Source: Mobula hypostoma (Eukaryota). Taken from it: a stretch of DNA of 60,000 nucleotides. Below are positions 38,997-50,905 of this stretch, piece by piece (position 1 is the stretch's first letter; each line of letters starts with the position of its first letter). The stretch covers positions 11,038,001 through 11,098,000 of the forward strand of contig NC_086101.1 of NCBI RefSeq assembly GCF_963921235.1, written 5' to 3'. Both the position numbers and the translations under genes were made by a program. A model generated the notes under the pieces. The model worked only from the letters and a program-made list of their open reading frames with translations. It made no database searches and had not been told where the DNA came from.

Positions 38997-40310
38997 ACAT
39001 AAAGCAGGACACTAAAAGTTTTTTTCAGTTATATAAAGAGGTAAAAGAAGGTGAGAGTTGATATTGGACCACTGGGAAATGATGTTGATGAGGTAGTAAT
39101 GAGGGACAAAGAAATGGCGAATGAACTTAATGAGTTCTTTGCATCAGTCTTCACTGTGCAAGACTCTAACAGTGTGCCAGAGGTCCACAAGTGTCGGGGA
39201 GCAGGAGTGAGTGCCATTGCATTACACAGGAAAAACTGCTCGGCAAACTCAAAGATCTTAATGTGGATAAGTCACCTGGACCAGATGGACTACATTCCAG
39301 AGTGCTGAGAGAGGTTGCTGAAGAGAAAGCAGATACGATCTTTCAAGAATCACTTGATTCTGGATTGGTTGCAGAGGAACAAAAAATTGCAAATGTCACT
39401 CCACTCTTTCAGAAGGGAGGAAGGCAAAAGAAAAGGAAATTATAGGCCAGTTAGATTAACCTCAGGTGCTGGGTAAGTATTTGAGTTTATTATTCAGAAT
39501 GCAGTTTCAGGGTACTTGGAAACTAATGATAAAATAAAGTCAGCATGGTTTCTGTGAAAGGAAATCTTTGTTTACAAATCTGTTAGAGTTCTTCAAGGAA
39601 GTAGCAAGCAGGGTAGACAAAGCAGAGTCACTTTCTGGAATTTACAGAAAACATTTGAGAAGGTGGCACATACGATGCTGCTTAAGAAGATAAAATCCCA
39701 TGGCACTGCAGGAAAGATACTGACATAGATAAAGGAATGGCTGACAGTCAGGAAGCAGCAAATGGGAATAAAGGGGACCTTTTCTGGTCAGCTGCCAGTG
39801 ACTAGTGGTATTCCTCAGGGGTCAGTATTGGGGCCACTACTTTTCACATTGTCAATGATTTAGATAATAGAATTGATGGCTTGCAGATGATAGGTGGAGG
39901 GGTTGGTAGTGCTGAGGAAGCAATGCGATTGCAGAAGGACTTAGACAAATTGGAAGAATGGGGGAAAAGTGTGGCAGATAGAATACAGTGTTGGAAAATC
40001 TATGATAATGCATTTTGATTAAAGGAACAAAAGTACAGACTATTATCTAAATGGGGAGAAAATTCAAACATCAGAGGTGCAAAGGGACTTAGGAGTCCTT
40101 GTGCAAGACTCTCAAAGTTTAATTTATAGGTTGAGTCTGTGGTAAAAACACAAATGCAGTGTTGTTATTCATTTCAAGGGGAATACAATATAAAAACAAG
40201 GAGATAATGCTGAAGCTTTGTAAAATAAGGCTGCACTTGGAGTATTGTCAAACGTTTTGGCCCCCATATCTCAGAAGGAATGGGTTGTCATTGGAGAGTC
40301 CAGAGGACGT

Positions 40311-41045
40311 ATGATGGCAGAATACAGCAGTAATGGTCAGACTCTTGGCAGTGTGGAGGATCAGAGGGATCTTGGGGTCTGAGTCCATAGGACACTCAAA
40401 GCTGCTGCGCAGGTTGACTCTGTGGTTAAGAAGGCATATGGTGTATTGGCCTTCATCAATCGTGGGATTGAGTTTAAGAGCTGAGAGGTAATGTTGCAGC
40501 TATTAGAACCCTGGTCAGACCCCAGTTGGAGTACTGTGCTCAATTCTGGTCTTCACTACAGGAAGGAGGTGAAAACCATAGAAAGGGTGCAGAGGAGATT
40601 TACAAGGATGTTGCCTGGATTGGGGAGCATGCCTTATGAGAATAGGTTGAGTGAACTCGGCCTTTTCTCCTTGGAGCGATGGAGGATGAGTGGTGACCTG
40701 ATAGAGGTGTATAAGATGATGAGAGGCATTGATCGTGTGGATAGTCAGAGGCTTTTTCCCAGGGCTGAAATGGCTAGAATGAGAAGGCATAGTTTTAAGG
40801 TGCTTGGAAGTCGGTAAAGAGGAGATGTAAGGGGTAATTTTTTTTAATGCAGGGAGTGGTGAGAGTGTGGAATGGGCTGCTGGCGACAGCGGCTGAAACG
40901 ATAGAGTCTTTTAAGAGACCCCTGGATAGGTACATGGAGCTTCGATAAATACAGAGCTATGGATAATTTCTAAGGTAAGGACATATTCAGCACAGATATG
41001 TGGGCCGAAGGGCCTGTATTGTGCTGTAGGTTTTCTATGTTTCTA
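40311..41045 (+). mobile_element. CR1 3' fragment
   Basis: Same subfamily as 3272-5140; ttttctatgtttcta tail. Confidence 0.85.
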
Positions 41046-41449
41046 AGCCTGGACTCATTGGAATTTAGACGAATACGGGGTGGGGCGGGGTCCCATTAAA
41101 ACCTACCGAATGCGGAAATGACCAGATAAGGTGGATGTGGAGAGGATGTTCACTGTGATGGGAGTGTCCAGAACGACACAGCCTCAGAATTGAGGGTCCA
41201 GCTTTCAGAACGGAGGTAGGTAGGATTTTTTTTAAGCCAGAGAGTGGTGAATCTGTGGAATGCTCCTCCACAGACTGCCGTGGAGGCAAAGTCCGCAGGT
41301 ACATTTAAGGCGGCAGTTGATCGTTTCCTGATCGGTCAGGGCATCAAAGGGTACGGCGAGAAGGCAGGTGTATGGGTTGAATGGGATACAGGATCACCCA
41401 TGATGGAATGGCTGAGCAGAACAGATTCTGCTCCTTTGTCTGAGGGTCT

Positions 41450-41930
41450 TAAGGGCTTCCCCCTCCCTGACCTGCCTAGCTGTCGGTCTCCCCATTCTCC
41501 CCAGCAGACAGGTTCGCCGTTCCGGCTTCGGGAACAAGGCGGAGCCATTCTCGGCGTCGCTGGCCGGCCTGTAGCAGCGGGTCTCCCTCTCACTGACTCC
41601 GCTAGGAAATCGGAAAGGGACCCATTTTGTCTGGTGGCTCTCGTGCGGTGACAAGTCCCTGAGCCCCACTCACCCGATCAGCAACCGAGAGGTTCTTCAC
41701 GCAGAACTCCCTCCCCACTCCTTGTGGGGAAGTTTGTAACGAGCGCTCAGCAGTAACGCGGAGTAAGCGACTCAGAGCAGAACTTTCTTGGTGAGGAGCA
41801 CCACAAAGTCGGCGTCACGGCAGCTGCCAGAGGGAAAAGTAAAACTAATTGTACTTTTCCGCAAACATGGACGCAGTTAAATGGGCGGGACGAAAAGAGA
41901 GTAAAACTGTGTCGGGGATTGGACAGGACA
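41450..41930 (-). promoter_or_regulatory. CpG-rich putative promoter and non-coding first exon
   Basis: CpG-dense sequence not assignable to a repeat; minus-strand donor CGG|GTGAGT (41673-41668); GC box 41883-41888; CCAAT 41922-41918; IRF-like GAAAAGTAAAACT ~41834-41846. Confidence 0.55.
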
Positions 41931-41934
41931 ATAC

Positions 41935-43625
41935 CTGCCCAACACCTCCCTGTCGTGCTCCTCCCGCTTTTCTTTCTTCCATAGCCTTCTGCCCTCTGCA
42001 TTAGACTCCCCTTTCTCTAGTCCTGTATTTCTTTCACCAATCAACTTCCCAACTCCTTACTTCACCCCTCCCCATCCCGGTCTCACCTATCACCTTGTGT
42101 TTCTCCCCTGCCCCAACTTTTAAACCACTTTCTGCTTTCCTTACGGGAAGTTGCAGATTGCAGTGCGAGTAATTCAGCAATTCAACAACCTCGCGTTCCA
42201 TCTAATTAAAGGCCCTACAAATATTTATACGGTCTAATTAAAGAACCTACAAATATTTGCGAGCACCATCCCACCGGGGATAGGATTTCTTTGTCCTCAC
42301 CTACCACTCCATCAGCATTCGTGTTGAGCACATAATTCTCCAAAACGTCTAACATCTCCAGGGGGATCCCACCACCAAGCTCATCTTTCCCTCCCCCTCA
42401 CTTTCTGCTTTCCGCAGGGATTGCACCCCATGTGCCTCCCGTGTCCATTTGTCCCTCCCCACTGACCTCCCTCCAGGTACTTATCCTTGCAAGCAGAACA
42501 AGTGCTACACCTGCCCCTATGTGGTAAACCATGTATATATGTTGTAACTCGGTTACCTGTCTGGACACACACCTCTGCTGACTGCCCCTGTGGCTCCTCC
42601 CACAGAGTCCTATATAAAGGTGTTTGCCTCGCCCCTCCCCCTCAGTCTGGGGGCAGACACTCACTGTGGAGGTCATATTGTACAGCGAATAAAAGCCTTT
42701 CAGTATTTTACCAAACCTCAGTCTTTTGGAGTAATTGAAGGTGCTTCACCCTACACCACCTCCCTCACTACCATTCAGGGCCCCAAACAGTCCTTCCAGG
42801 CAACATTTCACCTGTGACTCTGCTGGGGTCATATACTGTGTCTGGAGCTCCCAGTGTGACCCCCTATGAGACCGTAGATTGGGAGACTGCTTCACCGAGC
42901 ACCTATGCTCCTCAGCCAGAAAAGGAAGGATCTCTCAGTGGTTACCCATTTTAATTCGACTTCTCATTCCCATTCCGCTATGTCTATCCATGACCTCCTC
43001 CACTGTCATGATAAGGCCACACTTAGGTTAGAGGAACAACACCTTATATTCTGTTTGGATAGCCTCCAGCCTGATGGCATGAACATTGATTTCTCGAACT
43101 TCTGATAATAGCCCCCACCCCACCTCTCCTTCACCAATTCCCATCCCCTTTTCCCTCCCTCACCTTATCTCCTTGCCCACCCATTGCCTCCCTCTGGTGT
43201 TCCTCACCCCTTTTCTTTCTTCCATGGTCTTTTGTGTCTTTCACCAATCATCTTCCCATCTCTTTACTTCCTCCCTCCCCCTCCAGGTTTCACGTATCCC
43301 CTGGTGTTTCTCTCTCCCTCCCCTCCCCCACTTTTAAATCCACACTTCAGGTTTTGTTCTCCAGTCCTACCAAAGGGTTTTGGCCCAAAACATCGACAGT
43401 ACTCTTTCCGTAGATGCTGCCTGGCCTGCTGAGTTCCTCCAGGATTTTGTGTGTGTTGATTGGATTTCCAGCACCTGCAGATTTTCTCGTTTGTGAACTC
43501 TGATTCCTCATCTATTTTTCATCAATCCTGCTTAAGGGTCTTGACTGAAATGTTGATTGTATTCTTTTCCACAGATGCTGCCTGGCCTGCTGAGTTCCTT
43601 TAGTATTTTGTGTGTGTTTATTGCC
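41935..43625 (+). mobile_element. Older Penelope-like fragments (pLTR pieces and GIY-YIG end)
   Basis: ORF 42905..43105 (RLEEQHLIFCLDSLQPDGMNIDFSNF); two degenerate hammerhead-bearing ends at ~43363 and ~43523. Confidence 0.8.
42520..42748 (+). mobile_element. Solo LTR (229 bp) inserted in a Penelope copy
   Basis: TG...CA ends, 5-bp TSD CCCTA (42515-42519 and 42749-42753), TATATAAA 42611-42618, AATAAA 42688-42693. Confidence 0.85.
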
Positions 43626-43764
43626 CGTGATGACCCGTCTGTTTTACTGTTGAAAGTCAAAGTCTGATAAAACTCAAGTTCAGAGGCGGAGTCTGTGGTC
43701 ACAGGACCTGTCAGCGAGGCTGGAAAACAGAAGTTTCCTTGAAAGGGCTCCTCACACAATTTTA

Positions 43765-46700
43765 AACACAAAATAAACTGCAGATGCTGTGATCAAAACA
43801 ACACTTTCAGTACACTGGATGAAATCAGCAGGTCAGGCAGCATCAGTTAGAAATGATGAGTCGACATTTCGGGCCGGAACCATTCGTCAGGACTGAAGAA
43901 TGAAAGATGGGGAAGGATTTGAAGAATGCTTGTAGCTTCAGTTGAAAGACCAGTAATTTGAAAGACAAAGGGGTGGGGGAGTGGAAGCATTGATGTTATA
44001 GCCCTGAAAACAGTGGGTAGTAGAAGAAGGAGGTGGAAACATGAGGGAGCTGGGGGAAGGGGTAGAATGAAATAGGGATAGAGGAAGGGAGGGGGAGGGA
44101 ATTACCGGAACTTGGAGAATTCTATGTTCATACCAAGTGGCTGGAGACTACCTAGACAGTATATGAGGTGTTGCTCCTCCAACCTGAGTTTAGCCTCTTC
44201 ATGGCAGTAGAGGAGGCCATGTATGGACATATCTGAATGGCAATGGGAAGCAGAGTTGAAGTGGGTGGCAACCAGGAGATCCTGTCTGCTGAGGCAGACG
44301 GAGTGGAGGTGCTCAACGAAGTGGTCCCCCAATCTGCATTGGGTTTCACCGATGTAGAGGAGGGAGCACCGGATGCAATAGGTGACCCCAACAGACTCAC
44401 AAGTGAAGTGTTGCCTCACCTGGAAGGACTGTCTGGGGCCCTGAATGTTTGCAAGAGATAAGGTGTAGGGACAGGTGTAGCACTTGCACTTACAGGGATA
44501 AGTGCCAGGTGGGAGATCCGTGGGGAGGGACATGTGGATAAGGGAGTCGCAGAGGGACCGATCCCTGCGGAAGGCGGAGAAGGGTGGAGAGGGAAAGATG
44601 TGCTTAGTGGTGGGGTCCTGTTGAAGGTGGTGGAAGTTGCGGAGGATAATGTGCTGGATCCGGAGGCTGGTGGGGTGGTAGGTAAGGACAAGGGGAACTC
44701 TGTCCCTGTTGTGGTTGTGGGAGGATGGGGTGAGGGCCAAAGTGCAGGAAATGGAGGAGATGTGGGTGAGGACATCATTGAAGATGGTAGAAGGGAAACC
44801 ATGATCCTTAAAGAAAGAGGACATTTGAGATGTCCTGGAACGGAAAGCCTCATCCTTGGAGCAGATGCGGCAGAGACAAACGAACTGGGAATAGGGAATG
44901 GCATTTTTGCATGTGGTGGGGTGGGAAGAGGTATAGTTGAGGTAGTTATGAGAGTCAGTGGGCTTGTAGAAGATGTCAGTGGACAGTCTGTCTCCAGAGA
45001 TGGAGACCGAGAGATCGAGAAAGGGGAGAGAAGAGTCCGAGATAGAGTAAGTGAATTTGAGGGCTGGGTGGAAGTTTGAAGTGAAGTCGATGAAATTGAC
45101 AAGCTCAGCATGGGTGCAGGAAGCAGCACCAATGTAGTCGTCAATGTATCGAAGGAAAAGTTGGGGAGCAGTACCAGAATAGGTCTGGAGTACAGACTGT
45201 TCCACATAACCAACAAAAAGGCAGGCGTAGCTGGGTCCCATACGAGTTCCCATAGCTACACCCTTAGTCTGAAGAAAGTGGGAAGAGCCAACAGAGAAGT
45301 TATTGAGTGTGAGAACCAGTTCTGCCAACCGGAGGAGGGTAGTGGTGGTGGGGAACTGGTGAGGTCTATCATCCAGGAAGTAGCGGAGGGCTTTAGAAAC
45401 ATAGAAACATAGAAAATAGGTGCAGGAGTAGGCCATTCGGCCCTTCGAGCCTGCACCGCCATTTATTATGATCATGGCTGATCATCCAACTCAGAACCCA
45501 GCCTTCCCTCCATACCCCCTGACCCCTGTAGCCACAAGGGCCATATCTAACTTCCTTTTAAACATAGCTAATGAACTGGCCTCAACAGTTTGCTGTGGCA
45601 GAGAATTCCACAGATTCACCACTCTCTGTGTGAAGAAGTTTTTCCTAACCTCGGTCCTAAAAGGCTTCCCCTCTATCCTCAAACTGTGACCCCTCGTTCT
45701 AGACCTCCCCAACATCGGGAACAATCTTCCTGCATCTAGCCTGTCCAATCCCTTTAGGATCTTATACGTTTCAATCAGATCCCCCCTCAATCTTCTAAAT
45801 TCCAACGAGTACAAGCCCAGTTCATCCAGTCTTTCTTCATATGAAAGACCTGCCATCCCAGGAATCAATCTGGTGAACCTTCTTTGTACTCCCTCTATGG
45901 CAAAGATGTCTTTCCTCAGATTAGGGGACCAAAACTGCACACAATACTCCAGGTGTGGTCTCACCAAGGCCTTGTACAACTGCAGTAGTACCTCCCTGCT
46001 CCTGTACTCGAATCCTCTCGCTATAAATGCCAGCATACCGTTCGCCTTTTTCACCGCCTGCTGTACCTGCATGCCCACTTTCAATGACTGGTGTATAATG
46101 ACACCCAGGTCTCGTTGCACCTCCCCTTTTCCTAATCGGCCACCATTCAGATAATAATCTGTTTTCCTATTTTTGCCACCAAAGTGGATAACTTCACATT
46201 TATCCACATTAAATTGCATCTGCCATGAGTTTGCCCACTCACCCAACCTATCCAAGTCACCCTGCATCCTCTTAGCATCCTCCTCACTGCTAACACTGCC
46301 ACCCAGCTTCGTGTCATCCGCAAACTTGGAGATGCTGCATTTAATTCCCTCATCCAAGTCATTAATATATATTGTAAACAACTGGGGTCCCAGCACTGAA
46401 CCTTGCGGTACCCCACTAGTCACCGCCTGCCATTCTGAAAAGGTCCCGTTTATTCCCACTCTTTGCTTCCTGTCTGCTAACCAATTCTCCACCCACACCA
46501 ATACCTTACCCCCAATACCGTGTGCTTTAAGTTTGCACACTAATCTCCTATGTGGGACCTTGTCAAAAGCCTTTTGAAAATCCAAATATACCACATCCAC
46601 TGGTTCTCCCCTATCCACTCTACTAGTTACATCCTCAAAAAATTCTATGAGATTCGTCAGACATGATTTTCCTTTCACAAATCCATGCTGACTTTGTCCG

Positions 46701-48100
46701 ATCATTTCACCGCTTTCCAAATGTGCTGTTATCACATCCTTGATAACTGACTCCAGCAGTTTCCCCACCACCGACGTTAGGCTAACCGGCCTATAATTCC
46801 CCGGTTTCTCTCTCCCTCCTTTTTTAAAAAGTGGGGTTACATTAGCCACCCTCCAATCCTCAGGAACTAGTCCAGAATCTAACGAGTTTTGAAAAATTAT
46901 CACTAATGCATCCACTATTTCTTGGGCCACTTCCTTAAGCACTCTGGGATGCAGACCATCTGGCCCTGGGGATTTATCTGCCTTCAATCCCTTCAATTTA
47001 CCTAACACCACTTCCCTACTAACATGTATTTCGCTCAGTTCCTCCATCTCACTGGACCCTCTGTCCCTTACTATTTCTGGAAGATTATTTATGTCCTCCT
47101 TAGTGAAGACAGAACCAAAGTAATTATTCAATTGGTCTGCCATGTCCTTGCTCCCCATAATCAATTCACCTGTTTCTGTTTGCAGGGGACCTACATTTGT
47201 CTTTATCAGTCTTTTCCTTTTTACATATCTATAAAAGCTTTTACAGTCCGTTTTTATGTTCTCTGCCAGTTTTCTCTCATAATCTTTTTTCCCCTTCCTA
47301 ATTAAGCCCTTTGTCCTCCTCTGCTGAACTCTGAATTTCTCCCAGTCCTCAGGTGAGCCACTTTGAGGCCTTCTTGGTGGGGAATGGAGGTGTATAAGGA
47401 TTGGACATCCATAGTAAAAATGTAGCGGTTCGGACCGGGAATTGGAAGTTATTGAAGAGGTGGAGGGCTTGGGATGTATCCCGGATGTAGGTGGGGAGGG
47501 ACTGAACTATGGGTGACAAAATGGAGTCCAGGTAGGCAGATAGAAGTTCAGTGGGACAGGAGCAGGCAGAAACTATGGGTCAACTGGGACAGTCAGGCTT
47601 GTGTATCTTTGGGAGGAGGTAAAACCGAGCAGTATGGGTTGTGGGAATAATGAGTTTAGCGGCTGAGGATGGAAGGTCTCCGGAGTTGATAAGGACGGTG
47701 ATGGTGCGGGAGACAATGGTTTGATGTTTTTTGGTGGGAATTCCTGTTCTAGTGGTAAGTAAGAGGAGGTGTCAGAGAACTGTCGCTTTGCCTGAGTGAG
47801 GTAGAGGTCCATCCGCCAGACTACTACGGCAGGTTTGATGGTGAGGTTGGGATTAGTGTGGAGAGAGTGGAGCGCAGTGTGTTCAGAGGGAGAGAGGTTG
47901 GAATAGGAGAGGAGAGTGGTGAATTTGAGACGGTTGATGTCTCAGCGACGGTTGGAGATGAAGAGATCGAATGCAGGTAGAAGGCCTGGGCGGGGTGTCC
48001 AGGAGGAGGAGGAGGGTTGAAGACAGGAGAAGGGGTCATCTGTAGCGGGAGGGGAATCCTTGCCGAAGAAGTAGGCTCGGAGACGTAGATGACGGAAGAA
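43765..48100 (-). mobile_element. Long Penelope-like element (second subfamily) split by a CR1
   Basis: TMDVQSLYTSIPHQEGLK (47365-47415) joins ALRYFLDDRP...AMG...YIDD...GIY-YIG (44102-45394); hammerhead 43859-43894. Confidence 0.92.
45395..47360 (-). mobile_element. Young 5'-truncated CR1 LINE
   Basis: Uninterrupted 557-aa RT frame with canonical motifs; TTTCTATG tail; CTTT at both junctions. Confidence 0.95.
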
Positions 48101-48307
48101 TTTTATACAATTTTTTTACTCCTCACACAAATTTATAAAAGTTTGCCAATTATTATATCACTGGACAAATCACAGCTGGTGATGAGTCAGCGTACAGGAG
48201 TGACACAGAGTACCTGGCTGAATGGTGCTGAAACAAAGTAAATATATCTCACCATATGCAAACCTGAGTTCCATTTTCTTGCAGGCATACTCAATAAATC
48301 CATCATA

Positions 48308-48580
48308 GGCGCATTAGTATGGTGGCTAGCACAACGCTTTACAGTACAGGCAACCCAGATACAAGGAGTTTGTATGTTCTCCCCGTGACCAAGTGGGTTT
48401 CCTCTGGGTGCTCTGGTTTCCACCCACAGTCCAAAGACAGACCAGTTGTCAGGGTTATTGGTCACTGTAAATTGTACCAGGATTTGGCTAGGATTAAATT
48501 GGGGATTGCTAGGCAATGTGGCTCGAAGGGCCAGAAGGGCCTATTCCACACAGTATCTCAATAAAACTTTAAACAAATAA
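48308..48580 (+). mobile_element. V-SINE (HE1-like, tRNA-derived head, CR1-like tail)
   Basis: V-domain core GTTCTCCCCGTGACC..GTGGGTTTCCTCTGGGTGCTCTGGTTTCCACCCACAGTCCAAAGAC; tail gggccagaagggcct resembles CR1 3' ends. Confidence 0.8.
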
Positions 48581-48599
48581 ATAAATAACCATAAAGAAT

Positions 48600-50905
48600 C
48601 AATGAGGGACTGAACCAGCTTCAGCATTCAACCAGTGTGCAAACTGTGCAAATAAAAATAAATAAGCAATAATAAATAAATGATAAATACTGAGAACATG
48701 AGATGAAGAGTCCTTGAAGGTGATCCCATAGGTTGTGGGGAGCATTTCAAAGATGGGGCAAGCAAAGTTATCCACTTTGGTTCAAGAGCCTGATGGTTGA
48801 GGGATAATAATTGGTGTGAGAACTGCGGCTCCTGTACCTTATTCCTAATGGAAGCAGCATGGAAGGAGCAGGACCTGGGTGGTGGGGGGTCTCTGATGAT
48901 GAAAGCAGATTTCCCGTGACAATGGTTCATGTAGATATGCACACTGGTGGGGAGAATTTACCTGTGGTGGACTGGGCTGTATCCACTGCTTTTTGTAGGA
49001 TTTTATATTTAAGGGTATTGGTGTTTCCATACTAGGCTGTCATGCAGCCCATCAACATACTCTCCTCTAACATCTGTAGAAGTTTGTCAAAGTTTTTGAT
49101 GTCATACAAATCTACGCAAACTCCTAAGGAAATACAGGTGCTGTTGTGCTTTCTTTGTAATTTCACTTGCATACTGGGCCGAGGACGGGTCCTCCAAAAT
49201 AATGACACCAAGGAATTGAAAGTTGCTGACCCTCTCCACCTCTGATCCTCTGATGAGGACTGGCTCATGGACCTCTGGTTTACTCCTCCTGAAGTCAAGA
49301 ATCAGCCCTTTGGTTTTGCTGACATTGTGTGAGAGGTTGTTGTTCTGGTGCCACTCAGACAGATTGTCAATCTCCCTCCTATATGCTGGTATTTCATCAC
49401 TTTTGATTGCAGTGATGTCATCAGCAAACTTGACTGTGACGTTGGAGCTGAGCTTGGCCACACATTGTAAAGTGAGTAGACTAGAAAGCTGAGCACACAG
49501 CATTGTGGTGCAACTGTGCTGATGGAGATCACGAAGGAGATGTTGTTGCCAATCGTACTGACTGGTCTGTAATTGAGGAAATTGAGGATCCAATTGCACA
49601 AGGAGGATTGAGACCAATGTCTTAAAAATTGATTAGTTTTGAGAGGATGATGATACTAAATGCTGAGCTGTAGTCAATAAAGAACATCCTGCTGTATGCT
49701 TCTTTGCTGTCCAGATGTTCCAGGGTTAAGTGGAAAGCCAATGAGATGGAATCTACTGTGGGCCTGTTGGTCTGGTAGGCAAATTGGAGTGGATACAATT
49801 CACTTCTCAGGCAGGAGTTGATATGTTTCATCGCCAATCTCTCAAACCACTGTGGATGTAAGTGCAACTGCATGATAGACTTTGAGGCAAATTACCACGT
49901 TCTTCCTAGACACTGGTATAATTGAAGCCTGCTTGAAGCAGACTGCCGGAATGAAAGGGTAAAGATCTCAATGATTACTCCATCCAGTTTATCAGCACAG
50001 ATCTTTAGCACTTGGCCAGGTAACCATCTGGGCTAAATGCTTTACATGGGTTCACCCTCCTGAAGGCTGTTTGCACGTTGGCCGCAGAGACTGGAATCAC
50101 AGGATCATCGGGGACTGTGGGAGTCTGTAGTGGTTCCTCCATGTTTTGATGGTCAAAGCAAGCATAGAAGGCATTGAGCTCATTTGGAAGTGAATCCCGG
50201 TTGTCACCTATATCACTAAATTTAACTTTATAAGAGGTATTCAAGACCTGCCACAACTGTCGAGCATCCTTCATTGATTCAAGTTTTGTCTGGAATTGCA
50301 ACTTTGCTGGTGAGATGGCTTTCCAGACTTTGTACTGTACTTGGACCTCTTACAGCTTTCTTGGACACCAGACTTGAATGCCTCTGATCTGGCCCTTGGC
50401 AGATTGTGGATCTTATGGTTCATCCTGGGCTTCCGGTTAGGGAAGACTTGCATCATTTTGTGGGGAGACACTCGTCTACAACTGTTTTAAAGTCCATGAC
50501 AACCTTTGTGTATTCATTCAGATCCATAGATGTGTCCTCAAACACTACCCAGTCCACCAATTCGAAGCAATCCCGTATCTGCTCCTTTACCTCCAATAAC
50601 CACTTCTTTGTTCTCCCAATCTCTGGAGTTTTGCTCTTTACTCTCTCCCTGTATGTAGGTAGGAGAAGGACAGCCAAGTGATCAGATTTACCAGAATACG
50701 GTCAGGGCATGGAGTGGCAGGCACTCCTCATCTTAGTATAGCTGTGCTCTAGTCTGCTGGGGCCTCTGGTGTTACAGGTTATATGCTGATGATAATCAGG
50801 CAGGGTTTTCTTCAAACAAGCCTGGATGAAGTCCCTGACTATGATTTGAAATGCATCGGGATAGGCTGTTTCTTGTTTGGAGACGGCATCATGCATTATC
50901 TCAAG
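48600..50905 (-). mobile_element. Rex1/Babar-clade LINE, decayed
   Basis: PLQFAY, RMFFIDYSSAF, KFADD, LNVSKTK-ILDFRR, FLGV-I-ED, KKAQQ-LYFLR. Confidence 0.85.

Larger units (their letters stand above)
37280..41445 (+). mobile_element. Older CR1 LINE in pieces (37280-37980, 38997-40310, 41047-41445)
   Basis: Decayed APE, KSPGPDG, RT and C-terminal motifs in colinear order around two insertions. Confidence 0.8.

Noticed and set aside
43627..43667. Box C (GTGATGA) and box D (CTGA) snoRNA-like pair
   Set aside because: Only ~41 nt span, no terminal stem and no recognisable guide.
44102..45475. Novel 457-aa RT-endonuclease gene or CR1-Penelope fusion protein
   Set aside because: The first ~27 residues are CR1 3' UTR read through by chance; the rest is an interrupted Penelope ORF.
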